Positions 52,499-63,506 are shown, counted from the stretch's first letter. The stretch: 64,000 nt of DNA from a bacterium (GCA_965213625.1 CBDBZU010000004.1:2848001-2912000); one strand, 5' to 3'. Numbers and translations are program-made. Notes: generated by a model from the sequence alone, not told the origin.

Positions 52499-52802
52499 GG
52501 GGCAATTGGAAAAGCCCTGATTTCGGTAGCGCGCAGCATGGAGGTTTACGTGGCGGTGGAGAGTAATCCTTCACGGTGCGCATGGGCGCGATGGTTTTGT
52601 AGGGACAGGCCTCCGTGCCTGTCCAGGGTCGAGACCTGTCCTTATACGGCGGTTTAGTTTTGTTCGTCATTCCGGCGAAAGCCGGAATGACGGCGGGTAA
52701 TCTCGATTGAAGAGGAGCGAATCCCTCATCAGGACAGGCACGGAGGCCTGTCCCTACAGCGAACGATTCCGAAAGTCGTGCAGTGGGAATTTCAACAACC
52801 TC
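52499..52802. repeat. IS1182-end-bracketed cassette holding a type-D REPIN with a nested type-C hairpin
   Basis: GGGGCAATTGGAAAAGCCC ... ATTTCAACAACCTC; perfect 26-bp inverted repeat 52599-52624/52732-52757; hairpin 52665-52692. Confidence 0.7.
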
Positions 52803-52896
52803 CCATGGTCCAGGCCTTTTCTTGGAGGCCGCCGCTTGCTTTAATGAATCTTAGAGATTACAAAACCGGAATCACGCCATTTATCGAGGAGCGCAC

Positions 52897-54216
52897 ATGA
52901 ACGAGGAAACCAGGCCCGAGGAAACGGCCCCGAGAGCGTTTCACTTCGACACCAACGCCCTCCATGCGGGTGCGCGGCCCGACCCCGCCACCGGTGCGCG
53001 GGCCGTGCCGATCTACCAATCCACCGGTTTCGTTTTCGACGACGACGAACACGCCGCAGGCCTCTTCGCCCTGCAGGATTACGGATACGTCTACACGCGA
53101 ATTGGAAACCCCACCACGAGCGTTTTCGAGGAGCGCATCGCGGCCCTGGAGGGAGGCGTCGGCGGGTTGGCGACGGCCTCGGGACAGGCCGCCCAATTCG
53201 TCGCGCTGTTCACCCTGACGAACCCGGGGGATGAAATCGTTTCCTCCGCCGCCCTCTACGGGGGCACCTACACGCAGTTCGACATCACCCTCAGAAAACT
53301 CGGCATCAACACGACATTCGTCGACCCGACCAGGCCGGAGGACTTCCGGGCCGCGGTGACGGAGAAAACGCGCGTCATCTACTGCGAGACGATAGGGAAC
53401 CCGGCCACCAACGTCGCCGACTTGGAAGCCCTGGCGAAAATTGCGGACGATGCGGGGGTTCCCCTCGTCGTGGACAACACTTTTGCGACTCCCTACCTCT
53501 GCCGCCCCATCGAGTGGGGAGCGGACATCGTTCTGCATTCGGCCACAAAATTCATCGACGGGCACGGCACGAGCATCGGCGGCGTCATCGTGGATTCGGG
53601 CCGCTTCGACTGGGCGAACGGGAAGTTCCCCGGCATGGTCGACCCCTCGCCAGGCTATCATGGGCTGCGATTCTTCGAGACCTTCGGCGAGTTGGGTTTC
53701 CTGATGAAGGCGCGCGCGGAGAGCCTGCGCGACATCGGGTCGTGCCTGAGCCCGTTCAACGGGTTTCTGCTGGCCCATGGGCTGGAAACCCTGAGCCTGC
53801 GGATGGAGCGTCATTGCGAGAACGCGCAGAAGGTGGCCGATTATCTCGCGCAGGATGCGCGCATCAGTTACGTAAATTTCCCCGGACTGGCGGAGAACCC
53901 CGAGCACGAGCGGGCGAAAAAATATCTGCCGAACGGCCAGGGCGCCGTCTTTTCCTTCGGCGTTCAAGGCGGATTCGATGCGGCCGTCCGCTTCATCAAC
54001 GCTCTTCAGCTGCACAGCCATCTCGCGAACGTCGGCGACGCCAAGAGCCTCATCATCCACCCGGCGTCCACGACGCACGCCCAGTTGAGCGAGGAGGACA
54101 TGAAGGCGGGGAACCTCACGCCCGACCTCGTCCGGATATCGGTTGGCCTCGAACATATCGACGACATTCTGTGGGACCTCGACCAGGCCCTCGATGCGGC
54201 GACGGCAGGCGCATGA
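52897..54216 (+). CDS. metY: O-acetylhomoserine aminocarboxypropyltransferase / sulfhydrylase (copy 2)
   Basis: [44 protein letters not shown]. Confidence 0.93.
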   Translation: MNEETRPEETAPRAFHFDTNALHAGARPDPATGARAVPIYQSTGFVFDDDEHAAGLFALQDYGYVYTRIGNPTTSVFEERIAALEGGVGGLATASGQAAQFVALFTLTNPGDEIVSSAALYGGTYTQFDITLRKLGINTTFVDPTRPEDFRAAVTEKTRVIYCETIGNPATNVADLEALAKIADDAGVPLVVDNTFATPYLCRPIEWGADIVLHSATKFIDGHGTSIGGVIVDSGRFDWANGKFPGMVDPSPGYHGLRFFETFGELGFLMKARAESLRDIGSCLSPFNGFLLAHGLETLSLRMERHCENAQKVADYLAQDARISYVNFPGLAENPEHERAKKYLPNGQGAVFSFGVQGGFDAAVRFINALQLHSHLANVGDAKSLIIHPASTTHAQLSEEDMKAGNLTPDLVRISVGLEHIDDILWDLDQALDAATAGA

Positions 54217-54695
54217 TGGATTTTTCCGAATACCAGAACCCACGCACGATTCGCCGCATCCTGCGGAATCACCGCCGCGTGGCGATGGTGGGGCTTTCAG
54301 CGAACGAGTCGAGACCCAGCTATTTCGTCGGCTATTACCTCCAGAGAATGGGCTTCGAGGTGATCCCGGTGAATCCGAGATACGAGCAGATTCTGGGCGA
54401 GAAATCCTACCCCGACATTGCATCGATACCCGAGCCTCCCGACGTGGTGGACGTTTTTCGCAGGCCGGATGAAATTTCAGAAGTGGTCGACGAAGCGATT
54501 ACCGTCGGCGCGAAATCCCTCTGGCTGCAATTCGAAGTGGTGAACGAGGCCGAAGCCGCTCGCGCGCAACGCGCAGGGCTTCTCGTCGTCATGGACAAAT
54601 GCATGAAGATAGAACATGGCCGCCTGCGGGGCGGTTTACATACAGCGGGGATGAGAACCGGCGTCATCACGACGCGCCGCAGCCCGCTCATTTAG
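54213..54695 (+). CDS. CoA-binding protein (YccU-like)
   Basis: VAMVGLS...RPS, PVNP, VDVFR, WLQ, MDKCMKIEH; ATGA overlap with metY copy 2. Confidence 0.9.
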   Translation: MMDFSEYQNPRTIRRILRNHRRVAMVGLSANESRPSYFVGYYLQRMGFEVIPVNPRYEQILGEKSYPDIASIPEPPDVVDVFRRPDEISEVVDEAITVGAKSLWLQFEVVNEAEAARAQRAGLLVVMDKCMKIEHGRLRGGLHTAGMRTGVITTRRSPLI

Positions 54696-55232
54696 GGGTT
54701 GTCGAAAACTCCTGATAAAGAATGCTTCAACGCGTTCTACGAGAAGCAACAGATACACTCTCCCATTATTTGCCACTCCGCCTCGGTTTGTAAAATCACT
54801 TTCCCCTTTGAGGGGGTTGAATAACCCCCGTGGAGTGATTTTGGTTGCACGCGCGCTTTTGAAGTTCACTCCCCCCTTGAGGGGGAGTCGATGAAGCCGA
54901 GCGATTTGCGCGAAGGCTGAATCGGTGGGGGGTAAAATGCGCTTTATTGCCATTCCGAATCATACCCCCCACCAGTTCACTTTCGGGCTTGCGCCCTCAG
55001 TTCACTGACTCCCCCTCAAGGGGGGAGTGAATTTTCCTCTTTCATTTGTCGCATCGAGCCCTTGTTCATTGGGATTTTCAATACCACTCTGGAATCGAAA
55101 GAATTCCTCCTTCCACAGTCGGATTTCACCACCGCCGTCATTCCGTTGTCATTTCCGAATAAGACGAGAATCGTTCCCTCACCTCTCTGCTCCATACACC
55201 GAATCACGGAATCGGGCCTTTTCAACAGCCCC
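54695..55232. repeat. IS1182-end-bracketed cassette containing type-A palindromes
   Basis: GGGGTTGTCGAAAA ... TTTTCAACAGCCCC; the right end is identical to 14 bp of the IS end. Confidence 0.75.
54866..55030. repeat. intact type-A palindromic element (165 bp)
   Basis: Perfect terminal inverted repeat TCACTCCCCCCTTGAGGGGGAGTC; inner GGTGGGGGGTA/TACCCCCCACC. Confidence 0.88.
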
Positions 55233-55353
55233 TTCCGTCCCGAATTTCGGAATGTGGTTGCTTTTCCGGTAGTTAGGGAACTTGCAAATCCCCGAAAAAT
55301 CCTTTACAAATTCTAAGAGGTCTGCCGCTAAGCCGTTTCTCCACGGGGATGAC

Positions 55354-56034
55354 ATGACCAGACTCAAGATCCTGATCCTCGGGATGCATCTGTTCCCCCT
55401 GTGCATAGTCCCAACCGCCCTCGCGGAAAATAAATATCTCGTCGAAATGAGAGCCATTTCCGGTCTGCCCCACATCGTTTTCTCTCGCGGAAAAAAAGTC
55501 GACCTCAGAGGCCGGCGTTCGATGCTCCCTGGCGATCACATCGTCACGAGCGCGAGATCGCGGGCGCTCATTCATTTCCGCCGCCGTCCGGGCTGCACGC
55601 TCGTGGTGGAACCGAACACTTCCTTTCAGTTGGTCGGCCTGAAGCGCGGCGGAACGTATACGACGAAACTGAACAGGGGCACGGTGAAGTGCGTCCAAGC
55701 TACTTGCGGACTGAGATTGCGCGTGATGACACCTGCGGGTGAATTGCTCGGCCAGGGAGTTGAATTCGCCCTGAAAGCCTATGACCGCTTCACCACCGTA
55801 TCTCTCAAAAAAGGACGAATGCGCCTGCTTGTCGGCGGTCAGGCCGTCCCGTTGCGCGAGATGACGCGCACCACGGTTTCGAAAACGGGGGGACACCGGA
55901 TCGCCACGATGTACAGCGGCGACCCCCGGATGCCCAGCCTCTTCTCTCCGCTTCCCGGAATTTCTCCCACTTCTTCAAAACGCCGTTTCCGAGGCAAATA
56001 CATTTCCCCGGCCTCGATGACGCGAAGCCCTTGA
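55354..56034 (+). CDS. secreted FecR-domain-like protein
   Basis: Signal peptide; PGDHIVT...SRALI, LNRG, VMTPAG...GVEF, VSLKKG pattern. Confidence 0.65.
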   Translation: MTRLKILILGMHLFPLCIVPTALAENKYLVEMRAISGLPHIVFSRGKKVDLRGRRSMLPGDHIVTSARSRALIHFRRRPGCTLVVEPNTSFQLVGLKRGGTYTTKLNRGTVKCVQATCGLRLRVMTPAGELLGQGVEFALKAYDRFTTVSLKKGRMRLLVGGQAVPLREMTRTTVSKTGGHRIATMYSGDPRMPSLFSPLPGISPTSSKRRFRGKYISPASMTRSP

Positions 56035-56155
56035 CGCGCACCACGCTTAAGCCTTACTAAATAGCCTGTGACATTTCTTTCGCCGAAAACTCGACGCGGA
56101 CCGGCCCATATGCCCTGGCGCGTCCGGGCCTTTTGCGCGGAACATTTCTTTCGGT

Positions 56156-56232
<77 letters not shown>

Positions 56233-56280
56233 TTTTAATTCTTTTGCGTTGAGTGGACAGCGCGTCCGGCGAGGAGGCGA

Positions 56281-57192
56281 GTGGTGGAGCTTGGTTTCAT
56301 TGGCCTGGGAAGAATGGGAAGCGAGATTAGCGCACACCTCATTCGGGCCGGTCATGAGGTAACGGCTTACGACGTTCGAGAGGAAGCTACCCTGGAAGCC
56401 GAGAGAATAGGCGCGCGCGCAGGACGCAGCCCGGCGGACGTGGCTTCCCGCTCAGAAGTCATCTTTACATCCTTGCCGCACCCGAACATATCGCGCGAAG
56501 TGATTCTGGGTGAGGAGGGAATTCTGGCGGGCGCGCGAGACGGCGCGCTGCTGGCGGAGACGAGCACCGTCTCCCCTTCCCTCATCAAGGAGCTTGCCCC
56601 ACAGGTGCGCGCGCAAGGTGCGGAGTTGATGGATGCCGCCGTAAGCGGCGGCGTGCAGGGGGCCAAGGCGGGCACCCTCACCCTGATGGTGGGCGGCGGC
56701 GAAGCGGGGTTCGAGAAGCTCAAACCCCTTCTCGAGCATTTCGGAAAAAACGTCTTTCATTGCGGCGTATCCGGGATGGGGATGCTGTTCAAGGTCGTGA
56801 ACAACATGCTCTCGCACGTGAACCTCGCAGCCTTGACCGAGGCCATGGCCCTGGGGGTGGCGGCGGGCGCCGACCCCGATCTGCTGTGCGACGTCATCGC
56901 CGTCAGTTCGGGCCGCAGCCGACAGGTGGAAGACAGGCTCAGAAAGCACATTCTGCCGGGGGAGTTCACGCCCGGGATGACGACCGACCTCGCGACGAAG
57001 GATTCCGACCTTTGCCTCGAGCTGGCCCGAGAACTCCGGGTTCCCACCTTCATCGCAAGCGCTACGCATCACGTTTATGAGATGGCGATACAGAAAGGAT
57101 ACGGGGCCGAAGAATACGCCTCGCTCATCAAGCTCTGGGAGGAATGGCTGGACATCGAGGTGCGCTCGCCCGGCGCCGGACGGAACGGCTGA
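56281..57192 (+). CDS. NAD(P)-dependent beta-hydroxyacid dehydrogenase (3-hydroxyisobutyrate dehydrogenase family)
   Basis: GFIGLGRMG, DAAVSGG, LTLMVGG, KVVNN, KD. Confidence 0.9.
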   Translation: MVELGFIGLGRMGSEISAHLIRAGHEVTAYDVREEATLEAERIGARAGRSPADVASRSEVIFTSLPHPNISREVILGEEGILAGARDGALLAETSTVSPSLIKELAPQVRAQGAELMDAAVSGGVQGAKAGTLTLMVGGGEAGFEKLKPLLEHFGKNVFHCGVSGMGMLFKVVNNMLSHVNLAALTEAMALGVAAGADPDLLCDVIAVSSGRSRQVEDRLRKHILPGEFTPGMTTDLATKDSDLCLELARELRVPTFIASATHHVYEMAIQKGYGAEEYASLIKLWEEWLDIEVRSPGAGRNG

Positions 57193-57261
57193 AACCCAGG
57201 AAAGAAACTCTCGATAAGACTTGAAATCCCCTCGCCCACCGTGACGTGAAGGATACGGAAT

Positions 57262-57816
57262 ATGACTCCGGAAGAGATGTTCGATGAGGCATTTGACTCC
57301 GCTTTCAAAGACAGAAGAAACCTGATCCCATTCCTGGAGGGCATCGACACCGCCCACGTGCACTGGCGGCCTCCAGACGGCGAATGGTCCCTGCACGAGA
57401 ACCTCGAACACATCCTTTTGGCAGACGATTATTACGCGCACTCCATCGAAAGGAATCTCACCGAGGCGGCGGAGTCCGGCTCGTGGGATAAGGGGCCCGA
57501 GAATCCCCAGAAGATGAGCCGGGAGGCGCTCAGGCGCAGGGAGCAGGGCCGGGTTCCGGCGCCCGATTTCGTCATCCCGAAAGGCGAAGGCGAATTCGGT
57601 GACATGATTGCTAAACTCATGCCCAACCGGGAGGCGCTTCACCAGATGATGCTCCCCCACCGGAGCACCGACATGAGCCGCTTCACGCATAAACATTTCC
57701 GCTACGGCGACCTCAACATATACGACCGCATCGTCTATTCGGGCACGCACGATTATCTCCATCAGGACCAGATGACGCGCGTCCTCCAGGCTCCGGGCTA
57801 CCCGGGAAGCGGATGA
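57262..57816 (+). CDS. DinB-family protein
   Basis: RPPDGEWSLHENLEHI, HFRYG, HDYLH..Q metal-binding His triad. Confidence 0.85.
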   Translation: MTPEEMFDEAFDSAFKDRRNLIPFLEGIDTAHVHWRPPDGEWSLHENLEHILLADDYYAHSIERNLTEAAESGSWDKGPENPQKMSREALRRREQGRVPAPDFVIPKGEGEFGDMIAKLMPNREALHQMMLPHRSTDMSRFTHKHFRYGDLNIYDRIVYSGTHDYLHQDQMTRVLQAPGYPGSG

Positions 57817-57849
57817 TCCGTCCGGCTCACAAATCCGCAGAAACCACCA

Positions 57850-59253
57850 ATGAGTGATTGGACGATAACGGCGCTACGCGATGCCTATCGCGCCGGTGAA
57901 GTCTCCCCTGTCGAAGTCGCCGACGACGCCCTTGCCCTCATCAGAGAATGGAATCTTCACCTGAGGGCCTTCGTGCACGTCAGCGAAAGAGAAATGCGCA
58001 GGGCGGCGCGGGAATCCGAACGAAGATTCCGATTCGGCGATGAAATCGGGCCTCTCGACGGGGTTCCCGTGGCCTACAAGGACCTCTGCTACATACCGGG
58101 AACTCCCACCACTTGCGGAAGCGTCATGTTCGAAGACGACCCGCCCCAGGATGCGGTATCGAGCGTCTGGAAGCGCCTCGATGATGCCGGGACCGTCAAC
58201 ATGGGCAAGCTGAACATGGCGGAACTCGCCATGGGACCGACGGGACGAAACAAGCATTTTGGAGACCCGCAGAATCCCTGGAAGCAGGACCATGTTACGG
58301 GGGGTTCGAGCAGCGGGTCGGGATGCGCGGTGGCCGGGGGACTGGCGCTGGCCGCTATCGGCACGGATACGGGCGGCTCCATCCGGCTGCCCGCGGCATT
58401 TTGCGGCGTCGTGGGCCTGAAACCCACGAATGGCCGCGTGAGCCGGCATGGGGGGATGCCGCTTTCCTGGACGCTTGACACCTTTGGCCCGCTCACGCGA
58501 ACGGTGGCGGACAACGCGCTGGTGCTCTCCGACATCGCGGGCGCTGACCCCCGGGACGCGAGTTCAAGTGCGCGGCCCGTACCCGATTACGCCCAAGCGC
58601 TCGGGGAGAGCATCGAAGGCGTCCGCGTGGGCGTTCTGGAAGGCGCGGAATTAAGCGGCGCATCAGAGGAGGTGAGAACGGCTTACACGCAAGTATGCGA
58701 GGCGCTCGAACGCCTGGGCGCGCGTCTCGCACCAATGACGCCTCCTGATACGGAAGAACTCGAGGAACTCGCCAACACGATATTCAAATACGAGGCGCTG
58801 TTGATACACGGCGAGCGTCTGGAGGAATACGAAGACCAGGTGACGCCGGAAATTCTGGCGAGACTGGAAGCCGGGCGCGGGATTCGCGGGGCGGAGTATC
58901 GCGCTGCACTCGAAAGGCGTGAGGAACTGATCCGCCGCTACGAGAGCGAGGTGTTCTCAGCCGTGGACGTTATGGCCGGACCGACCACGCCCGTGCCCGC
59001 GCCCTCTCACGCGCAGGCGCGCTCGGATGCCGAGGGACTGATAGCCTCGCTGACGCGCTTCACGCGCTGGGTGAACACCCTGGGCGCGCCGGCGATATCC
59101 CTGCCCTGCGGGTTTTCGGGAGACGGTCTGCCGCTTGGGGCGCAGTTCGTCGGGCCTGATTTCAGCGAGGCGGCGCTCTACAAAGTCGCCCACGCCGTGG
59201 AGGCGGAAATCGGCGGCTGGGCGAAATCGCCCACGTTCGAGTCATTCCGGTGA
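57850..59253 (+). CDS. amidase-signature family enzyme
   Basis: GPLDGVPVAYKD, GKLNM, GGSSSGS, GTDTGGSIRLPA. Confidence 0.92.
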   Translation: MSDWTITALRDAYRAGEVSPVEVADDALALIREWNLHLRAFVHVSEREMRRAARESERRFRFGDEIGPLDGVPVAYKDLCYIPGTPTTCGSVMFEDDPPQDAVSSVWKRLDDAGTVNMGKLNMAELAMGPTGRNKHFGDPQNPWKQDHVTGGSSSGSGCAVAGGLALAAIGTDTGGSIRLPAAFCGVVGLKPTNGRVSRHGGMPLSWTLDTFGPLTRTVADNALVLSDIAGADPRDASSSARPVPDYAQALGESIEGVRVGVLEGAELSGASEEVRTAYTQVCEALERLGARLAPMTPPDTEELEELANTIFKYEALLIHGERLEEYEDQVTPEILARLEAGRGIRGAEYRAALERREELIRRYESEVFSAVDVMAGPTTPVPAPSHAQARSDAEGLIASLTRFTRWVNTLGAPAISLPCGFSGDGLPLGAQFVGPDFSEAALYKVAHAVEAEIGGWAKSPTFESFR

Positions 59254-59280
59254 ACCATAGGCGCGGCAATCTGCCCACCT

Positions 59281-60678
59281 TCAACGGTGCAAGCGCGGGT
59301 TTTCCAGATACGCCAGGCTGTCCTCGGCGGCTTCCACGCCGCTTATCATTGCGCCATTCAGGGAAGGCAGCCGCGTGTAGTCGCCGGCAATGAACACCCC
59401 CCCTATACGGTCCGGGAGACGGGTACGCATCTCATGCATCTCCCTGAGCATTCCGCCGGGCATCAAACATATGGCTTCCGGCCATCGGTACACCTTCCCG
59501 AAAACGGGTTGTTCGGGCATTGCTCGAAAGAACCGGCGCATTTCGCCCATGACACGGCGCAGGACCTCATCGTCACTGCAGGAGAACAACTTTCTTGCGT
59601 GTTCGTCTATCACCAGCGCGTGAACAAGGGTCTTCCCGGGTGGCGCCGCTTCAGGGGTGAGGCCCGCCAGGTTGGTGACCATGGTCAGAAACGTCGGAGA
59701 ACCCTGGGGAAAAAGGGCCGCATGGCAATCCTCCGGCAGGATGTTCACATTCAGGCCGAACGCTACATTGCAGCATGAACTGTAGGTGACACGCTCCAGC
59801 ACCTCCCGCACCGCCGGGTCCGGGATGATGCGCGCGGCGGTCGAGGACGTGGTTGCGCAAATGACCGCGTCCGCGCGGATTTCTTCTCCACTTACCGTGA
59901 CGACACCCCTTGCCGCCCCGGCCTCGGTGAGAATTCGTTCTACCGGCGTGGCGACACGGATGGAGTCTGCAACGGTATCGGTTAGAGCCTTGGCGAGTGT
60001 AGCGATTCCCTGCTTAGGCAGATAGCTGCGCTCAGCCTGATTGAAGGTCCAGAGCCATAGCAGCGCCATTCCATAAGCAGCCCCCACCTGCTCGGGTCTG
60101 CCCCCCGTGAAGCAGTTGATGTCCAGTTCCCCGCCGTGCTTCAGATATCGGTTCAGGTTATTGGTACGGGCAAATTCGGCGAAACTCTCCCCCGTGTCCA
60201 GGTCGAAGATTCGAGTGTGGTCCTCGAAGTCGAGTTCGTCGCTGTGTTTCCTCAGCATCGCGAAAAGGCGCGCAAACTCCCACATTCCCCTCAGCGAATT
60301 CTGCGGCGAGAAAAACATGGTGCGGAGGCTATCCAGCTTCTGCTTCAGCGACCCCCCCACGTACAGGCTCCAGAATCGTCCGTCAGCGAAACTCTGCGCA
60401 CCTTTCTTGCCGGGACTCGGGTGGAGCTCCACGTCCAGCGCACGCGCCACTTTCCTAACGGTTGCGAATGACTCGTGGATGACGCTGGCGCCGCCGTACA
60501 CCTGAAAGCCGTCGACCTCCTCGCAAAACATGCGACCGCCAATCCTCTCCGAGGCTTCCAGTATCTGGACCCGGTAGTCGCCATGTCGGCGGTGCGATGC
60601 GAGTGTCCACGCGGCGGCCAAGCCTGCGGCGCCTGCCCCTACGATAATGATTTTCCGTGCGTCCGGATGCGACCTCAT
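59281..60678 (-). CDS. FAD-dependent oxidoreductase (HemY / amine-oxidase family)
   Basis: IIVGAGAAGL, EASERIGGR, RWPEA, AGDY, GAMISG; RBS GGGGGAG before 60678. Confidence 0.8.
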   Translation of the reverse strand: MRSHPDARKIIIVGAGAAGLAAAWTLASHRRHGDYRVQILEASERIGGRMFCEEVDGFQVYGGASVIHESFATVRKVARALDVELHPSPGKKGAQSFADGRFWSLYVGGSLKQKLDSLRTMFFSPQNSLRGMWEFARLFAMLRKHSDELDFEDHTRIFDLDTGESFAEFARTNNLNRYLKHGGELDINCFTGGRPEQVGAAYGMALLWLWTFNQAERSYLPKQGIATLAKALTDTVADSIRVATPVERILTEAGAARGVVTVSGEEIRADAVICATTSSTAARIIPDPAVREVLERVTYSSCCNVAFGLNVNILPEDCHAALFPQGSPTFLTMVTNLAGLTPEAAPPGKTLVHALVIDEHARKLFSCSDDEVLRRVMGEMRRFFRAMPEQPVFGKVYRWPEAICLMPGGMLREMHEMRTRLPDRIGGVFIAGDYTRLPSLNGAMISGVEAAEDSLAYLENPRLHR

Positions 60679-61643
60679 GTTCTCCCCCCTGACGTTTTCG
60701 CCTGACCGGCAGCCGCCCGTTCCGAGGTAGCCATCGCCACGAGCAGTAAGCGTCCCGGCAAGCACACTTCTTTCCGCGCGCGTTCTCAAAGAACGGCTAT
60801 GCTGCGCGGAGGCGAAGCCCCGGGCGCAAACGTGTTCGCGCTTTCGATTGTCTTGCGGAAAACTTCCGTCAAGGGGACAGTTGGTATGGATGAGCTTCCT
60901 TGCGGCTGCGAGTGAGCCGCCGGATGAGATCGTTCCCTTCCCGTCTGTTCTGTCGGGTCGCTTCCCTCGTGATGCGGAAATGATAGCCACTAACGCCGCA
61001 TTCGCACAAGGCGGAAACTTTCGTACGCAAAGAAACCTTGAACCGGGGAGGGAGCGGCGCAATGCGGACGCAGTAGTTCACGATTGGCGTTATGGCTTTT
61101 CGGCGGAACGGACGAAAAATTCCGCACGGAAAAGGGTGTGTTCTCATTGACGTGGGTAGGGGGAATACGGACCGGCAATACAGAGCGTGATGAAAACTGC
61201 AGCCACTCACGATCGGCAAACGATTCCTATTCCGCCACGCAGACCACTTCTTCATCAGTCGTGATTGATCTTTTCCGCCAGGAGCCGATCTTCTTCACTT
61301 GGAATTGAAGGCGCACTCACGGTCATCAGCCCCGTGACGCCCGCATGTGGGAGGACGGAGCGATTCGACGCGCTCAGGCCCGTGGAATTTCTGAAAAATT
61401 CGATAAAATTAGATAAATTCACGGGTTTTTTCGATAAATTTCCGTAAATTTTCAAAGGGAATTGCAGGGAAATGCGGGGAATCCAGGAGGTGCAAATCTC
61501 CCTCCTGAGAAAAACATCACGAGGATACCACGGCCCGGGAGGCGTGCGCGCAGCGGCAAATGCGGGGAATTGCGGGGTTCAAAACACCCGGTCGAAAGCC
61601 TGTTAGAGGAAACACTACGCAGTTCGAAGGAGAGGCTTGAAAG

Positions 61644-63506
61644 CTAGGAAGTTCCTTCTTCCGTTTTTTTCTCTTTTTCCCAGTCTTTCAGTGACTTAGG
61701 AAGCTTATCCTTATTCCATTTCTTGGTGATGCGGTAGACCTTCCCGCCCTCGCGCACGTACATGAACGCCGATCCTTCCTTGTCCGCGAAGCGAAACGGA
61801 CCCCACGTTCCGTGGCGGATGTCCCTGCCCGAGAGCTCGACGATAAAGTCTTTGAAATCAGGCGCTTCGCCAGGTTTCGCCTCCCCTTCCCGCTCGAAAT
61901 CCCTGAGGGCGCCTACGAGATCGTTCACGTTCCCGGGCTCGGCCTCCCTGCCCTCTGGGGAGAGGAACCGCCAGGAATCGCCGAAACGCTCGAGCTTCAT
62001 GGAGGAATTATCCGGGAATCGGGCCGTAACCTCTGTAATATCAACATCTTTTGCGTAAAGAAGCAAACGCCGCTCGCTCAGGAAATAGGGCGTTTTCGTG
62101 AGCTTGTCATAATCTTCCTTCTTGACGGCGAACAGGCGTTTTTCCCCATCGATTCGGCCGTACGCCCTCTTCTTATCATTGAGGAATCGCCCAATAATCA
62201 AAGACTTATCCTCCAGAGGCGCATCTTCTTTCTTCTTCAGCCAGAGGGTGAAACGAAGCGGCGCGCCCTTGCCGTCCTCTGACGCAAGGCCGTATTTCGA
62301 CAAGTCACTCCCGGGGTCGTCCACATATTCAATCGAATTGCTCCACTTGATATCCCACAAGAGGTCATCCACGTGCTTGTGGCGGCCGATGAGTTTTTCT
62401 TCCTTCCCATCCGCCGTGGCGACGTGGAGATCCCACTTCTTTTTCGCCTTTCGGACGATGTCTATTTTTTGAGATTTCGATTCAACCAGAAGGCGTGTGA
62501 TGTGGTCGACATCATAATCAATGACGGTTTTATGCCTTAGCGAAAATACGGATTTAGGCAATTCATTGACCGTTTTCTCATTAATGAGCATCACGGGGCC
62601 GCCGGAGAGCCTCCTGGCGTAATAATAAGCTGCTGGTTTTTTCTTGCCGCTCTTTGGCCCGGGCGCTTCCACTTTTCTGTCGCCCAGGATAACCCCGTCT
62701 GCAGGTTTTTGGTTGTCCTCGGTGAAAATGCGTACCGTGAGTCTGGGTTTATCCAGACCATAAGGGGCGAGATTCTCAGGCTTCTCATCGACGAATCTTT
62801 GCACCTTGTCCCATTTCAGGGTGGAAACGATGCCTTCGGAATCGATGGCATCGGCCCTGTCCTGGATGGGTTTCACGAGCGCCCATTCATCTTTGCTCTT
62901 GCGGACAACGGTGTATTCACCGCCATCCTGAGGCTCGACGATCACCTTTTTTGCGCTTTCAGGCATCACCGGGACAATCGATCTGTCCCTTATACTGAAT
63001 ACCGTTTTATCGAATTTGGCGATGTCGGCAAGCTGGAGAGTAAAGATTTCAGGGGTTTTCGCCAGAGCGGCATATCGAAATTCACGCGTGGGGGTTCTGT
63101 CGCCAATATCCAAGGAAACATCTTCCTTGTCTTTCAGCCCAAAGGTGATTTTCATCTTGGGCTTGTCCATCCCGAACTCTGCTTTGTCTTTCACATCTCC
63201 GATACGATTGCGCTCGCGGAGTTTCGTCGCCGCTTCGAGGAGTTTCCCGACCTCATCCGCATCGACGGCGGCATCGACTGGTTTAACGAAACGCCACCCT
63301 TTCTCCGTCCGGATGATTTGGTATGGTTCTTCTTCTCTCGTTACGTCAATTCTGATCAGCGCCTTTTCGTCAATTCCTTTCAGGAGTTTGACCTTTCGCT
63401 CCTCGGCAGCGCGCTCCTCGGACGCCCATTTCACGCCGTAGACGTAATACGCGCTACCAAGGATGACCAATACGAGTAGTAATATGAGATTTTTCTTGGG
63501 GTTCAC
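61644..63506 (-). CDS. multi-DUF4340 membrane-anchored protein
   Basis: N-terminal TM; repeated W..VKP...AD and F/YG.DKP units; follows a GldG-like gene. Confidence 0.75.
   Translation of the reverse strand: MNPKKNLILLLVLVILGSAYYVYGVKWASEERAAEERKVKLLKGIDEKALIRIDVTREEEPYQIIRTEKGWRFVKPVDAAVDADEVGKLLEAATKLRERNRIGDVKDKAEFGMDKPKMKITFGLKDKEDVSLDIGDRTPTREFRYAALAKTPEIFTLQLADIAKFDKTVFSIRDRSIVPVMPESAKKVIVEPQDGGEYTVVRKSKDEWALVKPIQDRADAIDSEGIVSTLKWDKVQRFVDEKPENLAPYGLDKPRLTVRIFTEDNQKPADGVILGDRKVEAPGPKSGKKKPAAYYYARRLSGGPVMLINEKTVNELPKSVFSLRHKTVIDYDVDHITRLLVESKSQKIDIVRKAKKKWDLHVATADGKEEKLIGRHKHVDDLLWDIKWSNSIEYVDDPGSDLSKYGLASEDGKGAPLRFTLWLKKKEDAPLEDKSLIIGRFLNDKKRAYGRIDGEKRLFAVKKEDYDKLTKTPYFLSERRLLLYAKDVDITEVTARFPDNSSMKLERFGDSWRFLSPEGREAEPGNVNDLVGALRDFEREGEAKPGEAPDFKDFIVELSGRDIRHGTWGPFRFADKEGSAFMYVREGGKVYRITKKWNKDKLPKSLKDWEKEKKTEEGTS

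Noticed and set aside
53514-54212. Long N-terminal extension of the CoA-binding ORF
   Set aside because: Out-of-frame overlap with metY copy 2; the recognisable domain starts at the ATGA overlap at 54213
60679-61062. N-terminal extension of the FAD oxidoreductase
   Set aside because: The Rossmann motif starts just after the ATG at 60678, which has a good RBS; the extension looks non-coding
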